A DNA stretch of 64,000 nt, from assembly GCA_965644295.1 (NCBI GenBank), contig CBFFRP010000360.1:62001-126000 (forward strand), given 5' to 3'. Both the position numbers and the translations under genes were made by a program. The notes under the pieces were generated by a model. That model saw nothing but the letters and a program-made list of their open reading frames with translations. It was not told where the DNA came from and made no database searches. The stretch is from Paraphysomonas bandaiensis. Taxonomy: Eukaryota > Protista > Chrysophyceae. The first letter of the stretch is position 1. The number at the start of each line of letters is the position of its first letter. This document shows, one piece after another, positions 41,305-53,509 of this stretch.

Positions 41305-41886
41305 CTACATCACATCAGTATGTGATACTTCATTAAAACGATGGATAAAATGTTTTAATAGACCATCATCACACTGTTCACTAGCACTCCAATCGCTATA
41401 AGCCACTGGAGTTTCAAACGCTTTATCCATAATAGAATTGGAACGTTTCTTTGATTGAGGTGTTTGAAATGAATTCTCCATATATGATTTTATAGTGATG
41501 GATGAAGAAGCATTTGATGGATATGAGAATAGATCTCTCTGCATATATGTGTATATATCACTCGTATCTGATCGCTTGGGGGTTGATAGCGACTGTATTG
41601 TAGAGCCTCTTGTACGTGGAGGACTTACGGACATCATGGAGACACAAGGTGGTTCAATTGTATATGGGGGAGATTCATATTGAAATAAAGAAGATTCATA
41701 TCTAAGTGAAGAAGATTCACTCGTGAAGAGAACACTTCTACTCCAATCATTTGATTCCGATCTCTTTCTTTTGGTTCCATCATTAGTGTTGAATCCTGTG
41801 AATAGACCCCATTGATTGACCTGGTCACTCTCCATACAGTCTGTACAGTCCTCTGAGGCGTATAGTATATCCTGCTTAATAGTCAT
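41305..41886 (-). CDS. Hypothetical Ser-rich protein, intronless
   Basis: 193-aa ATG-initiated ORF with basic NLS-like KRKRS; head-to-head with the PH gene. Confidence 0.6.
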   Translation of the reverse strand: MTIKQDILYASEDCTDCMESDQVNQWGLFTGFNTNDGTKRKRSESNDWSRSVLFTSESSSLRYESSLFQYESPPYTIEPPCVSMMSVSPPRTRGSTIQSLSTPKRSDTSDIYTYMQRDLFSYPSNASSSITIKSYMENSFQTPQSKKRSNSIMDKAFETPVAYSDWSASEQCDDGLLKHFIHRFNEVSHTDVM

Positions 41887-42469
41887 AGTGATTAATAGAC
41901 AGTGATCTCATAATATTATGATTACCACACAGTGATGAGAAGGTGATCTCGAGATAATCAATGGACTGTTCAACAGTGGATTGACTATCACCTTGGATTC
42001 ATGCCCTTAGTGTGATATGATCATATCGAGAGCCGGTATGTGGAGGTAGTGGAGGGTGGAGGGAGGGTTCCAGATCCTTCGTACGTGTTATGTATGACAA
42101 GTGCCGTATGATCGTAATTGACGTATGAAGAAGATTGAAGACGTGGGATTGATGGGAGACTGATGCTTAGATCTAGATATATTATCGTATCTTCAATCGA
42201 CATATATATTTTTAGTTTATGAAAATACAGTTTAACTGTTGTATACACATAGAGCAGTATGTATCTCCTGCTCTGCTATACTTGGTGTCTCACATACACA
42301 CATACATCTGGTGATAATACAGCGGTAGTATTCCTATAGCAGATAGCAGTGTGCGTGTTCTATTCCATGTACACTGCATATATATATATATATATATATA
42401 GACAGACAGCTCATATATAACCATAACAACCCACCCCTAGACAATATAATGCCATAAAAAACACGATCT

Positions 42470-43120
42470 ATGTCTCCCCCTCTGCCTGAATTAACACAAG
42501 GGTATATCAAGAAGGAAGGCCATATAGTTAAGACATGGAAGACTCGTTTCTTTGTACTAGAAGCCTCTGCCTCGTCCTCTTACTTATCATACTACACAGA
42601 TGAGACCAGAGAGGATATGAAAGGGGTGATATATAACATGAGACAGTGCAGTGTGAGTGAAGTTGATGGGATTGTATCCGTTAAGAGCACACTGGGGGAT
42701 ACTATACGATTGATATTTGATGATACAGATGACCGCAGGAGATGGTTGAATGCTTTCATGAACCATATTGATTATGCTGTGTCATGTATCCCACCTCTCA
42801 TGAAAGGATATATCATTAAGCAGGGGCATGTCATTAAAAACTGGAAAGAACGTTTCTTTATTCTCAGTGCGGATGAATATGGATCGCATTGTACGTATTA
42901 TCTGAGCTCATCTGAGTCTCCACCATATGCTCAGGGACAGAGGGGTCGTTTGAATTTGAAAGGATACGTTCTTGAGCGCATAGATGATATGGTAGTTTTG
43001 AAGTCACAGAGTGGGGAGATCTTAAGGTTAAAGTTCAATTCCGAATGCGACAAATCCATCTGGACAATAGCACTGCAGGCTCATATCGATTATGCTACAT
43101 CCCTGTGTAACAATAGCTAA
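42470..43120 (+). CDS. Tandem PH-domain protein, intronless
   Basis: Two repeats QGYIKKEGHIVKTWKTRFFVL..W..AF..HIDYA and KGYIIKQGHVIKNWKERFFIL..W..AL..HIDYA. Confidence 0.92.
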   Translation: MSPPLPELTQGYIKKEGHIVKTWKTRFFVLEASASSSYLSYYTDETREDMKGVIYNMRQCSVSEVDGIVSVKSTLGDTIRLIFDDTDDRRRWLNAFMNHIDYAVSCIPPLMKGYIIKQGHVIKNWKERFFILSADEYGSHCTYYLSSSESPPYAQGQRGRLNLKGYVLERIDDMVVLKSQSGEILRLKFNSECDKSIWTIALQAHIDYATSLCNNS

Positions 43121-45120
43121 CAAAAGCTGTGAATAGATTTCCGTTTGTGTGTGTTTATCCTTTGTACATTGTCTAATGTAAATATAATGAATTAATGTGC
43201 TAATGCGTTGTAAGTATGACAATACTACCGGCTTCGTTCTTAGCAAACCGTGAAGCCGATCGTTTTCAAACTAAGTGCTAGTTGCCCCAATGTGAAGCTG
43301 TACGAAATATTGACAGTAAAGTTAATTTAATAGACTTACTGACACATAGATTTACCCGGTGCAGATTTCGTGTCCGTCACAAGGGGGTGAGGCGAGCCCC
43401 TTTCCTGAGAACTTATAATAATTAAGGACTTTATATAAAATTAAAATATAAACAGCTTTGGAAATTTGACTCTAATCCTCTGGGCTCTATGGTTTATACA
43501 GAATTAAGGAAAAGTTGAAATGTAAAATTTATAGAATAGTATGTATCTTGAAAATCCAAGCCAATTAGACATTAGACTATACTGTGGTCAATTATATCTT
43601 GAAAACGATATCATTATATCTTTGATAGACAGGATCTTACACGGTCAATATATTTCAGTTTTCTAAGAGTTTCAATTACTGTGTTCTACTAATAACGGTT
43701 ACAATACAGCTTTTAATGGCTCAATAGTAGCAATACTCACCAGTGCTGTATTACTACAGCGGTGTGGTGATAATATAAGAAATGTAGGAGTAAGTGCTAG
43801 TTATTAACATGTTGTCATATTAAGCAAAAAACGCCTAGCTGCATCATGTATGTGATTCAGGGTGTTGTCGTAAAATCATGCTCTTTTGATGTTCTTTTTG
43901 TAATGCTGCTTCTCTAACCACAATGCTACTTCTATTAATATTTGACTGTTGTCTTTCCCTCTGCTGCTTAATAACTCTCTTCTCACTATTATAATAAACA
44001 TCAGGATTACAGCGTGCCTAATATATATGATAAACAGCACAACAAATTCAACACGTCGCCATATGTTCCTCATAAAGTATTCTGGCTTTCCGACGGATCA
44101 AATGAATGATGTTGGACAACGGATGTATGCCCCAATTACATCTCTATCAAGAGGCAAAAGAGTAACAGAACTGTTGCAGGAGTTAGTTACACTGCTGGCA
44201 GAGGTTGAGCGCTTTATATAATTACCAAAAGTCAATACTCTGGAGCAAATTTACGGTTATTACAAACACAATTTAAAATTATTGCTATTGCTAAAACCGA
44301 AATATATCTAATATAATCAGGGCAAGGGTTTTAATACTACAATGGTGTTGTAAGCTTGATACCCATCAATAGTATAGTAATACCATTAATCAGCGGCTAT
44401 ATTTAATATATATAGTGCTAGTCATTAAAAGAGTACATAATAAGATTGCCTAATTTGTAGCTACTCATATATTTATTTGACTATAGAATAACTAAAACAT
44501 GCCTGGGAACCTTTCAAACCGCAAAGTTGAGGAAACGGTATATTTTCGTATGTAAATCATTCAAAAAAGTGATAAAGTAGAGATGCTAAGTTGCATAACA
44601 TTTGTATGACAGTGATCATACCGATGAAAATATCCTACTGTTAATTCATTGATTGGTCCATAGAACAGAATGCCAAAGATTAGTTATATTATAGATTAGC
44701 TAGCTTACAATGTACTGTCTATATAGTCTATAGGCTATACAATTATACTTTGTTATTTGTAATACTACTGTTTTTATTGCACCGGATAGAAAATGTTGCA
44801 ACTCTAAATTATCAATGAGCCCTAAGTTACAATAATATAGAGTGAAATTTATAATTCTCCAACCCGGAAAAGTGCTCTACTCTCTACTAAAATTAAAAAG
44901 TACTACAGAAATAAGGTGATAAATAAAAGTATAATAATGTATTAATGAGTTACTAAAATATTATAGGGAAAAAACACAAAATACCATGATTAGAAGTAAA
45001 TATATAAAACTAACTTCCATCTCAGGTATATTCCGTATAATTATCGAGTGACGGCAATGTGTATCGCTATTCACATCTCTAGTTTAATCATTCGACAAGT
45101 AAAACACTCCCTGCATTAGT

Positions 45121-46195
45121 TTAGCCTACTTTATATATTTCGTTACTCTGAGCACCACCAACCATACTCTTCGGCTGCCCAGAGAATGTTCCGACATCAT
45201 GCATATTATCATGACATCGTACACAGTCATCCTCTCCTCGATTCCTCTTTCTCCCCGTAACATGATCATCAACAGTCGATTCCAAACCAGAAAAAGAATG
45301 GCAACTTAAAAACTCAAATACACACGCATACTCAGGTTGCCGTAATATCCCACAATCCTTGAATACCAAAGCATTCAACCTCAACTTCGCAGTAAAATCT
45401 GAAAGCGAATCTATCATTCTTCTCTGCAAAAAACACTCATAATTTCCTTTTGCTATAAGGTCTTGCAGTGAAGAGATGCTACAACTCATCATAAGGGCAT
45501 ACTCGCATAGCCACATCGCATCCTTTATGCTGCTCACATTCCGACTGAATTTCTTATTCTTAAACGATTTACTCCTGATGTTGACTTGTACCCGGTAAGA
45601 ATTCGAGGAGTCAGATTTCGTTATGTATTTCGGATTCGTAAGCTTTGGTGAAAGACGAACAGAAGCGAGAGGGGTAGGCAATATTGGAACAATGCACGAA
45701 TCTCCTGAACTCTGTATCATGGAAGACGTGGAGTGCATTCGATCTGCAGGACGAATATTTAGCCACAAAGACTTCGTTGGCGTAGAGTGCATGGATAGGG
45801 GGCCAGTCGATAACTTCTGGTCCCTAATCATCTGCAGCAGAGAGTTATTTATATTTTCATCCTCGGGAACCAGTACAATCTTATTGCTGGGGAGGAATAA
45901 CATGGGCTGGACACAGAGGGGATGACTGCGTTCTCCTGCTGTTGCATCTACGACAACGTCAACTAGAACACTAACGAGAAATAAGAATACCGCGATGAGT
46001 ATACCCGACCGCGTCCGTACGGAACACAGGAGAGCTACTCTGGCCTTGAGAGTAAGACAGAGGACTCCATCCTGTGCTTCTTTGTGGGTTTATTGTCTGC
46101 CAGCTACTATCATATGAATCATTAGCTTGTAAGGGTTGTTTGTTATAGTGGGACATGTGAAGAGAGTATCCATCACTGGCATATACACTATCCAT
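45121..46195 (-). CDS. Hypothetical protein with possible AP2-like DNA-binding domain, 2 exons (intron about 45963-46020)
   Basis: 74-aa and 260-aa ORFs joinable by a GT-AG intron; PKYI..SYRVQV..KKFSRNV..DAMWLCEYA segment. Confidence 0.6.
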
Positions 46196-48154
46196 TACTA
46201 TGAGTATGTATATACCGGAAGGATATTGCGGTGCAGTTAAACGCCAGTTGCTTGTTGGCTTCTATATGATCCCACTGTTGAACTTATCAGCAAGAAACAC
46301 ACGCACGATGTCACGCAAGTGGTTTGACTATATACTGGCACTGTAGACCCGCGTATACTGCAGGTAGAAGAGAACCATATGATGTCGTACAGTGGTATGG
46401 TATAGTGTACTGTACAGTATAGTGTATACACGTCACTGTTATTAAGAATAGAAGTGATGCCCACCTCTCTATATGCATACATATACGATCACTTCACTTC
46501 CTTCCAACTGAATATTATGTATGTGTATTTCTGCTGTAGTCACTTCATAGCATCTTACCGTATATGAAAATCCCTTCAACCCCGCGAAGTACACTTCAAC
46601 TGACTTCTAATATATGAACACATACACACACATAGAGTCGAATCTCCCCATATATAAACAGAGGAGACAGTAGGGAAGAGTGTCATTGAACTCGATGGCC
46701 ACTCGTGACCTGATTGCAATGGAACAATACTCATATTTTCAGTTGAAGAAGCGTCCACAGCTGGTCGTCAGTATGGGAATTATTCTGCCCTTAAGACCCC
46801 CACTTCAACTCTTCTCCAACCCCTTGTATATCCTACTATTGTGCATGTTATTGAGGTATCTCTGCATTATTCCGAACGGTAGAGCCGTACTGCATTGTAC
46901 GTACATACCTGACTAATATTGTATAGTATGGTTACTATCACACATATATATATATATGCAGAAGACGAAGTGAGAAGTGAGTGTTTCGTATGAAGTGGAA
47001 GTGTTTCGATGGATATAAATCTACTTCTATTCTGTGAGGTGGATGATATGAAGGTATCCATATGTGGTGACTGAGATATGAGGCAGAAGGGATTGGGGAA
47101 CAACAGCCCCGCCGTATGTACAGCGCATACAGAGGTACTGTGTGGTATTATGTGGCTGTACGATCGTAGTACAATTCGTCTGTCAGTATTTTCACATACA
47201 CACCTGAAGTGCATGAAGTTTCCAACGACTATGAAGAAGTGAACAGCGCAGTTCACATGCAGCAGAAGTACTCATAAAGAAACTTCAGATACTTTTCACG
47301 GAAGTTTCTTAACAATAAATTCTATGATACTTTGATGATAGAGCTGGACATATGCTTGTGTTGGGTATCTTGTCATACACAGCATTAATATCATGTCAGC
47401 TATCATCAAAGTTTCATCATTACACTCCAGTAGTTGACATACAGGCATATTATGGAATGAATGAAAGTGAGATGTGCTGGATATGCGGTTATATCCCGAC
47501 TAATCCAATACACATATGACACTTGTGACAATCAATCTGCTCATCGATGTAACCTGATTGTGTGCGCATGTGTTGGCTGATGTTTTGCATTGTTGATATT
47601 ATGATCATTATAAACGCTCGAAGGATACTATATACATATTCGTGAAGACAGCATAACATGAGTACTTTGACCTATTCGTGATGAATATATGAAGCTGCTA
47701 TCCTGTTCCCACAGTGGACAGTAGTGCAGTGAGCTATTCTGCTCTACAAGTCATACTCTCCACAGCAACTCGACAATTGGACACAATTGGGGGATCAGGA
47801 CCGGCGGCTCTCTTCTACTCTGGGGCCATATACAGATGGTCTCTGTCGACGTACAATGAGTATTTAGTGTAAACAGGTATTCTGTTGCAACAGTGGCCAG
47901 GGGCACAGTGATATATTTTGCTCTCCAAGTTGACAATGTTGGCAATTGGTAAGGGAGGTCAGACTCGCTTCTGGAAATATCCTTTCCCCTGCAGACTAGA
48001 TCCTATATCCCCATGACTGATGTTAATATGTATGATTTTGCATCTATGATTTCTCTCTCTGTTGCATTAGTATAAACATATAGTTCTTTCTGTCAATTTA
48101 CTTCAAGCGTAATAAGTATAATTATGGATTTGTTGTGAAACATCTATTGCTAGC

Positions 48155-49567
48155 CAGGGCTGTGTAACAACTAATTGTCAATTCGTAATTGACGCAGGTT
48201 GTAGTCAATTATAATTGCAAACGTTACTTGCTGTTCCAAGTAATTGCGATATTATTGATACAAGTAGATGTACATTAGCTGCCAACATAACTTACACAAC
48301 CACTGTTATTTCATCCCAGAGGCCACGACATATTAATTCGATCCTTCGTTGCCACCTTGAATTCTTCACGACTGCCTTTTTAAAGCAGCGTTATGAATAA
48401 TAGCAGCATTATTGCCCAGATGACGCTCGACAATCGGGTGTTTTTCGATGACTTCGTCAAGCAATATACAAACGTCGTGGAGGACGAGTTGGTGTTCATA
48501 TTCATCCTACAATTCTATTGACACTCATCATCAGTGACATTGTCATCACCATCTTCGACATTGGAAAAAATTCACCACTTTGTTCTCTCAGCACAATGTT
48601 TTTGCGGAAGAAGCTGCCGAATGTGTACGTTGCCTATTATCATTGTTCTGTAGTGTATTCCAGAGCTAAGGAATAATATACTGTTGGTTACTGGGAAGAG
48701 TCAATAACGAAGTATCTATGGGCTGTCTGCACCACAGGTCCAATGGATGCGTCCGATAACGCAAGGAACATTTATGACTGGACAGAGTGGAAGAAAACCT
48801 TCCATTCACTTTCTGTGAGAATAAATTAAATAGAAGGAAGTCTTGTTTGGGTAAAATGACTGCAAAGACGCGTAAGAAGTATTTAGGACTTTTGGAGGTG
48901 ACAGTACGTGAAATCATAAAAGAAATGCTTCCAACTACGTTAATTTGATCTCAGTATAAAAGGTGCTGTATCAAGAATCCAAGGTTTACCAGATGCAGTG
49001 ACTGATATGATTCCTACTCCTCGACAGAATACCGAAATCAATACCCTTGTAAACAACTTGAAAGTTTTTGAAAGCGTTTCCAAGGTGCTTCAAACAGTAG
49101 GCTCTAGTCAAGTGAATCTCTATGAATGTCGGAACCTTTTTGACGGCTTATTGAGAGACTTCGGGACTACATATCTCCTTTAAAGAAAAGACGTTCCATT
49201 GTTAATGACCCTTAATATGATGCTGTTTCTGAAAAATAATGGACACTTGTGGCCTGATGCATGCATATTTCAATTAATTTTGAATGAATGTGGTGGTGAT
49301 CACGTCACCGATGATGGCTCCGATGTTGAGTATGAGGACAGTTGTTGAGTATGAGCAGAAGGTAGTCTTCGCTTGGCAGCGTTAATTATGTGAACTTAAC
49401 GACGGGTACTAAAAATGGAATCTACGCATGCGTTTATTTGCTGAATAATGGTACTAATTTATTGTAATATATTGCAATAGTATTGTTGGGCCGTTTAAAA
49501 TTCCATCAATATTAATGGTGAGACGCTATCTAACAATAGTATTGCAATATATCGTTCCCTATCCCTG
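48155..49567 (+). mobile_element. Degenerate hAT DNA transposon remnant
   Basis: CAGGG.. and ..CCCTG termini; broken transposase fragments LPFTFCEN..KYLGLLEVTVREIIKEMLP and LKVFESVSKVLQ..CRNLFDGL. Confidence 0.75.
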
Positions 49568-49636
49568 TTTGCTATAGTATGCTAGTACAAAATAAGGAAT
49601 CTACGCAAGTGTTTAATTGCAAAAGAACGATACTAT

Positions 49637-49900
49637 TTGCTCCATTCTGAGCGCGTACTTAGGTAGAGCCGGGTGGGGATCTAACTAATACTTGATTAAG
49701 TCCCATATGTTATTTGCTAGCTACCTACTGAACCCAACTAGCTACATCATTATCACACGGTATTTAGCGCTGAATATACAGTGAGAGCCCGAGTGGGGAA
49801 GCGCTGAACTAAGCAATGTGTACATAGGTAGAGGTGCGCGATCGCAGCACTAAACAGCACCCACTAGAGGGCCGCACGCAGTGATTAGTTACGCTGGCAG
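49637..49900 (+). repeat. Repeat family B copy 1 (left direct repeat of ankyrin cassette)
   Basis: CTACCTACTGAACCCAACTAGCTACATCATTATCACACGG..GAGTGGGGAAGCGCTGAACTAAGCAATGTGTACATAGGTAGAGGTGCGCG shared with 52716-52890 and, inverted, 58067-58264. Confidence 0.9.
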
Positions 49901-50301
49901 TAGTAACTGTGTTCGCTCGAAGATGAGCGATATGATATCATGATACAAAAACGGTGTTTTCATTGCTACAAAAGTGGCAACTTTCCAAAAGTTCGTATTT
50001 TTTCGAATAGTTTATTTCATTATAAAAAGTGGTAGTTTTCTCTCATGCTATGATATGAGGATCATCGTCCACTATACAGTATTCTGTGATCCAGGAAGTG
50101 GACATTCTGGTGTCTGAATATCTCCCCACTTGGCCTTCCTTCGCCTTCTATAGTGTTTCTTCGTACAATGATGGAGCAGCACAGTAGCGTATAGCGGTAT
50201 CTATACATAGATATACAGGCATAGAGATCTAAACTCATCTCACTATCTTCCACTGCATCTACACACTATCAGCATATAACACTATCAGTATCAGTATAGA
50301 T

Positions 50302-52242
50302 ATGTCGAATATATCTGATCTTAACGATGATGTGTTGCGTCTCATCATCTCTATGATCCCACACACGGCTGTCCTTCCTGTGGTCATGACTTGCAAGAGA
50401 TTTCAAGATACAGTCTACACTGATAAGAGCAGAGAGAGACTTGAGTCACATGCATCTCACTACTGTATGACCAACTCAATGGTCTCATGGGCTCTGTCTA
50501 TGGGCTGCCCACACACACTGCTATCATATAGCTGTGCACTGGATGGCAGACTACAGCAGCTCATACATATACATGCCCTTCATACTGATACGACCACACA
50601 GAGATCACTACACCAATCTGGTTTACGCAATTGTAGCGTTGTATCGGGTATCGAGCTTCAGATGATATGTAGTTTATATAGCCCTACATATCCATTGTAT
50701 TCAGAAACTTGCGTGGCTGCTGCAAAAGGTGGGCACTTGGATATTCTGAAGTGGCTTCGTTCACAGGATCCTCCATGTCCATGGGATGAGGGAACTTGCA
50801 GTGCAGCTGCTGAAGGTGGTCACTTGGATGTTCTGAAGTGGCTTCGTTCACAGGACCCTCCATGTCCATGGAGTGAATCAACTTGCAGTGCAGCTGCTGA
50901 AGGTGGCCACTTGGATGTTCTGAAGTGGGTTCGTTCACAGGACCCCCCATGTCCATGGTGTGAACGGACTTGCAGTGCAGCTGCAAAATGTGGACACTTG
51001 GATGTTCTGAAGTGGGTTCGTTCACAGGATCCGCCGTGTCCATGGAGTGAATCAACTTGCAGTGCAGCTGCTGAAGGTGGCCACTTGGATGTTCTGGTTT
51101 GGCTTCGTTCACAGGACCCCCCATGTCCATGGAATGAAAGGGCTTGCAACGCAGCTGCAAGAAGTGAACACTTGGATGTTCTGGTTTGGCTTCGTTCACA
51201 GGACCCCCCATGTTCATGTAATGAAGAAATATGCTACTATGTTGCACAACATGGACAGTTGAATGTTCTGAAGTGGCTTCGTTCACAGGACCCCCCATGT
51301 CCATGGAATGAAAAGGCTTGCAGTGCAGCTGCAAAAGGTGGACACTTGGATGTTCTGAAGTGGCTTCGTTCACAGGATCCGCCATGTCCATGGAGTGAAT
51401 CAACTTGCATTGCAGCTGCAGATGGCGAACACATAGACGTTCTTGATTGGCTTCGTTCACAGGACCCCCCATGTCCATGGAATGAAGAAATATGCTTCAA
51501 TGCGGCAGAATTTGGACACCTGGATGTTTTGAAGTGGGTTCGTTCACAGGACCCTCCATGCCCATGGGGTGAATATACATGCTTCAATGCTTCTCTGATG
51601 GGACACTTGGATATTCTGAAGTGGGTTCGCTCACAGGACCCTCCATGTCCATGGAATGAAAATACGTGCTTCAATGCTTTGAGGGGTGGACACTTAGATG
51701 TTCTGAAGTGGCTTCGAGCACAGGACCCTCCATGTCCATGGAATGAATGGACTTGTTTTGCTGTTGCAGAAAGAGGTGAGTGGGATGTTCTGAAATGGCT
51801 TCGTTCACAGGACCCTCCATGTCCATGGAATGAAGAAATATGCTACTATGCTGTACAACACAGTCGTTTGGATGTTTTGGAGTGGCTTCGTTCACAAGAA
51901 CCTCCATGTCCATGGAATGAACGGACATGCATGGCTGCTATTGAAAATAGAGAATGGGAGATTCTTTTATGGCTTCGCTCACGTAATCCTCCATGTCCCT
52001 GGAATTCAGTAACTTGCGCAGTTGCTGCGGAAGGTGGACACTTGAATGTTCTGAAGTGGCTTCGTTCACAGTGCCCTCCATGTCCATGGGATGAAGAAAC
52101 TTGGATTGCTGCTGCAGATGGTGGTCACTTGAATGTTCTTGAGTGGCTTCGTTCACAGGACATTCCACTGTCAAGAGATGGTTGGGATTACTACTCACAG
52201 GACATTCCACGGTCATGGGATGGGTGGGATTGTCACGCTTAG
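50302..52242 (+). CDS. F-box-like plus 17 x 29-aa ankyrin-like repeat protein, intronless
   Basis: N-terminal ISDLNDDVLRLIISMI..VVMTCKRF; repeats xExTCxxAAxGGHLDVLKWLRSQDPPCPW (87 bp) from about 50700 to 52170. Confidence 0.9.
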   Translation: MSNISDLNDDVLRLIISMIPHTAVLPVVMTCKRFQDTVYTDKSRERLESHASHYCMTNSMVSWALSMGCPHTLLSYSCALDGRLQQLIHIHALHTDTTTQRSLHQSGLRNCSVVSGIELQMICSLYSPTYPLYSETCVAAAKGGHLDILKWLRSQDPPCPWDEGTCSAAAEGGHLDVLKWLRSQDPPCPWSESTCSAAAEGGHLDVLKWVRSQDPPCPWCERTCSAAAKCGHLDVLKWVRSQDPPCPWSESTCSAAAEGGHLDVLVWLRSQDPPCPWNERACNAAARSEHLDVLVWLRSQDPPCSCNEEICYYVAQHGQLNVLKWLRSQDPPCPWNEKACSAAAKGGHLDVLKWLRSQDPPCPWSESTCIAAADGEHIDVLDWLRSQDPPCPWNEEICFNAAEFGHLDVLKWVRSQDPPCPWGEYTCFNASLMGHLDILKWVRSQDPPCPWNENTCFNALRGGHLDVLKWLRAQDPPCPWNEWTCFAVAERGEWDVLKWLRSQDPPCPWNEEICYYAVQHSRLDVLEWLRSQEPPCPWNERTCMAAIENREWEILLWLRSRNPPCPWNSVTCAVAAEGGHLNVLKWLRSQCPPCPWDEETWIAAADGGHLNVLEWLRSQDIPLSRDGWDYYSQDIPRSWDGWDCHA

Positions 52243-52379
52243 TGTGAATAGTGGGATGTTTTGAAGTGTTTACGTTCATATGTAACGTATCCCTTGTTGG
52301 ACATGCCCTTATTTATCTGCAACGTAACTTTAACTTAGTTCAATTTATGACCAGGTTTACCTAAAATTACCTTGGTTGA

Positions 52380-52541
52380 TTGGTTGCACCTTGGTGCTTG
52401 CGGCGACGCACAAGCAGCTTCTGTTGCGCTAAATAGTAGGATAATAGAATTTGTGCTGATTAGTAGATCTAGCATACCACTAGCCACTATATCGGAACGA
52501 GTTTTTAACGCCTATTGCTAAATAACAAGACTTTCAATATA
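52380..52541 (+). mobile_element. Family A, 5'-truncated copy with 12-bp TSD
   Basis: Flanked by TACCTTGGTTGA at 52368-52379 and 52542-52553; ends ..AAGACTTTCAATATA. Confidence 0.88.
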
Positions 52542-52715
52542 TACCTTGGTTGAATTAATTATTATTTTGAATAACTTTTTTACCAAATTGCTTTGACCGA
52601 TATGAATAATATTTCTCTTACTGACAGTCTAGCTCACGATATATTGCATTTGTTGCTGGTAGGTGTGGACACAAAGAGTTGCGCATACGCCTTAAAAAAC
52701 TTACTAAAATCTTTC

Positions 52716-52890
52716 TATTTGCTATCTACCTACTGAACCCAACTAGCTACATCATTATCACACGGTGTTTAGCCTGAATATGCAGTGAGAACACGAGTGG
52801 GGAAGCGCTGAACTAAGCAATGTGTACATAGGTAGAGGTGCGCGGTCGCAGCACTCACTAGAGACTAGAGTGATTAGTTACGCTTTCAGT
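52716..52890 (+). repeat. Repeat family B copy 2 (right direct repeat)
   Basis: Near-identical to 49711-49900. Confidence 0.9.
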
Positions 52891-52899
52891 ATGGGGCAC

Positions 52900-53037
52900 T
52901 ACTATATTGACATAATATATATTGCAATATGTTTCAATAGTATTGTTGCGTCGGTTCAAAAGCTCTATCAGTATTATTGGTGGGATGCTAGCTAGCAATA
53001 GTATTGCAATATATCAATATATTGTTCCCTGGCCCTG
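52900..53037 (+). mobile_element. hAT right-end fragment
   Basis: Similar to 49455-49567 (CAATAGTATTG subterminal motifs; GTTCCCTGGCCCTG terminus). Confidence 0.7.
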
Positions 53038-53509
53038 GTAGATAGCGTCCCATTAATAATTTTGCAATATATTGCGATATAGTAGATATTAGTATCAGTA
53101 TACGCTGAGCTGACTTAACAGTAACAATGTTGAAGTTTCTTTCGTCAGTCGACCTATTATTACTGTGTTGTTCCTTCTTAGCCCTCGAGTATAATATGCT
53201 ATCCTGTTTGCGTAGAATTTTTTTTGACGATGTTGAATGCCATAAACTTTTCGGCATTGTTGAGCTCAAATGACGAGGTTTTATATCCATTGGCTGGGTA
53301 TTTATCCTGCGCCCACCATATCCAAGGGTCGGACAAAAAAGTCCTATAATGCTTACGATAATAGAAGTGCATTTCAAAATTTCCATGACTGTTATTTACG
53401 GCGAGCAGACAGCGTACCATAAAACATACAATCACTCAACACAACGACACAATTAAATATATCTGCTTTTGAAAAGTCTACGACATTACTTTTGCATTAG
53501 AACTGTATC

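Noticed and set aside
48146-49575. 8-bp TSD around the large hAT remnant
   Set aside because: Only a 6/8 match with a 1-nt offset, and the two ends appear to belong to different families
50700-52170. CRISPR-like alternation of constant and variable DNA segments
   Set aside because: 87-bp in-frame coding repeats of an ankyrin-like protein; no cas genes; eukaryotic context
52988-53435. ORFs of 132 and 78 aa between the hAT end and ARL3
   Set aside because: Overlap TE-derived AT-rich sequence; no motifs or convincing gene structure
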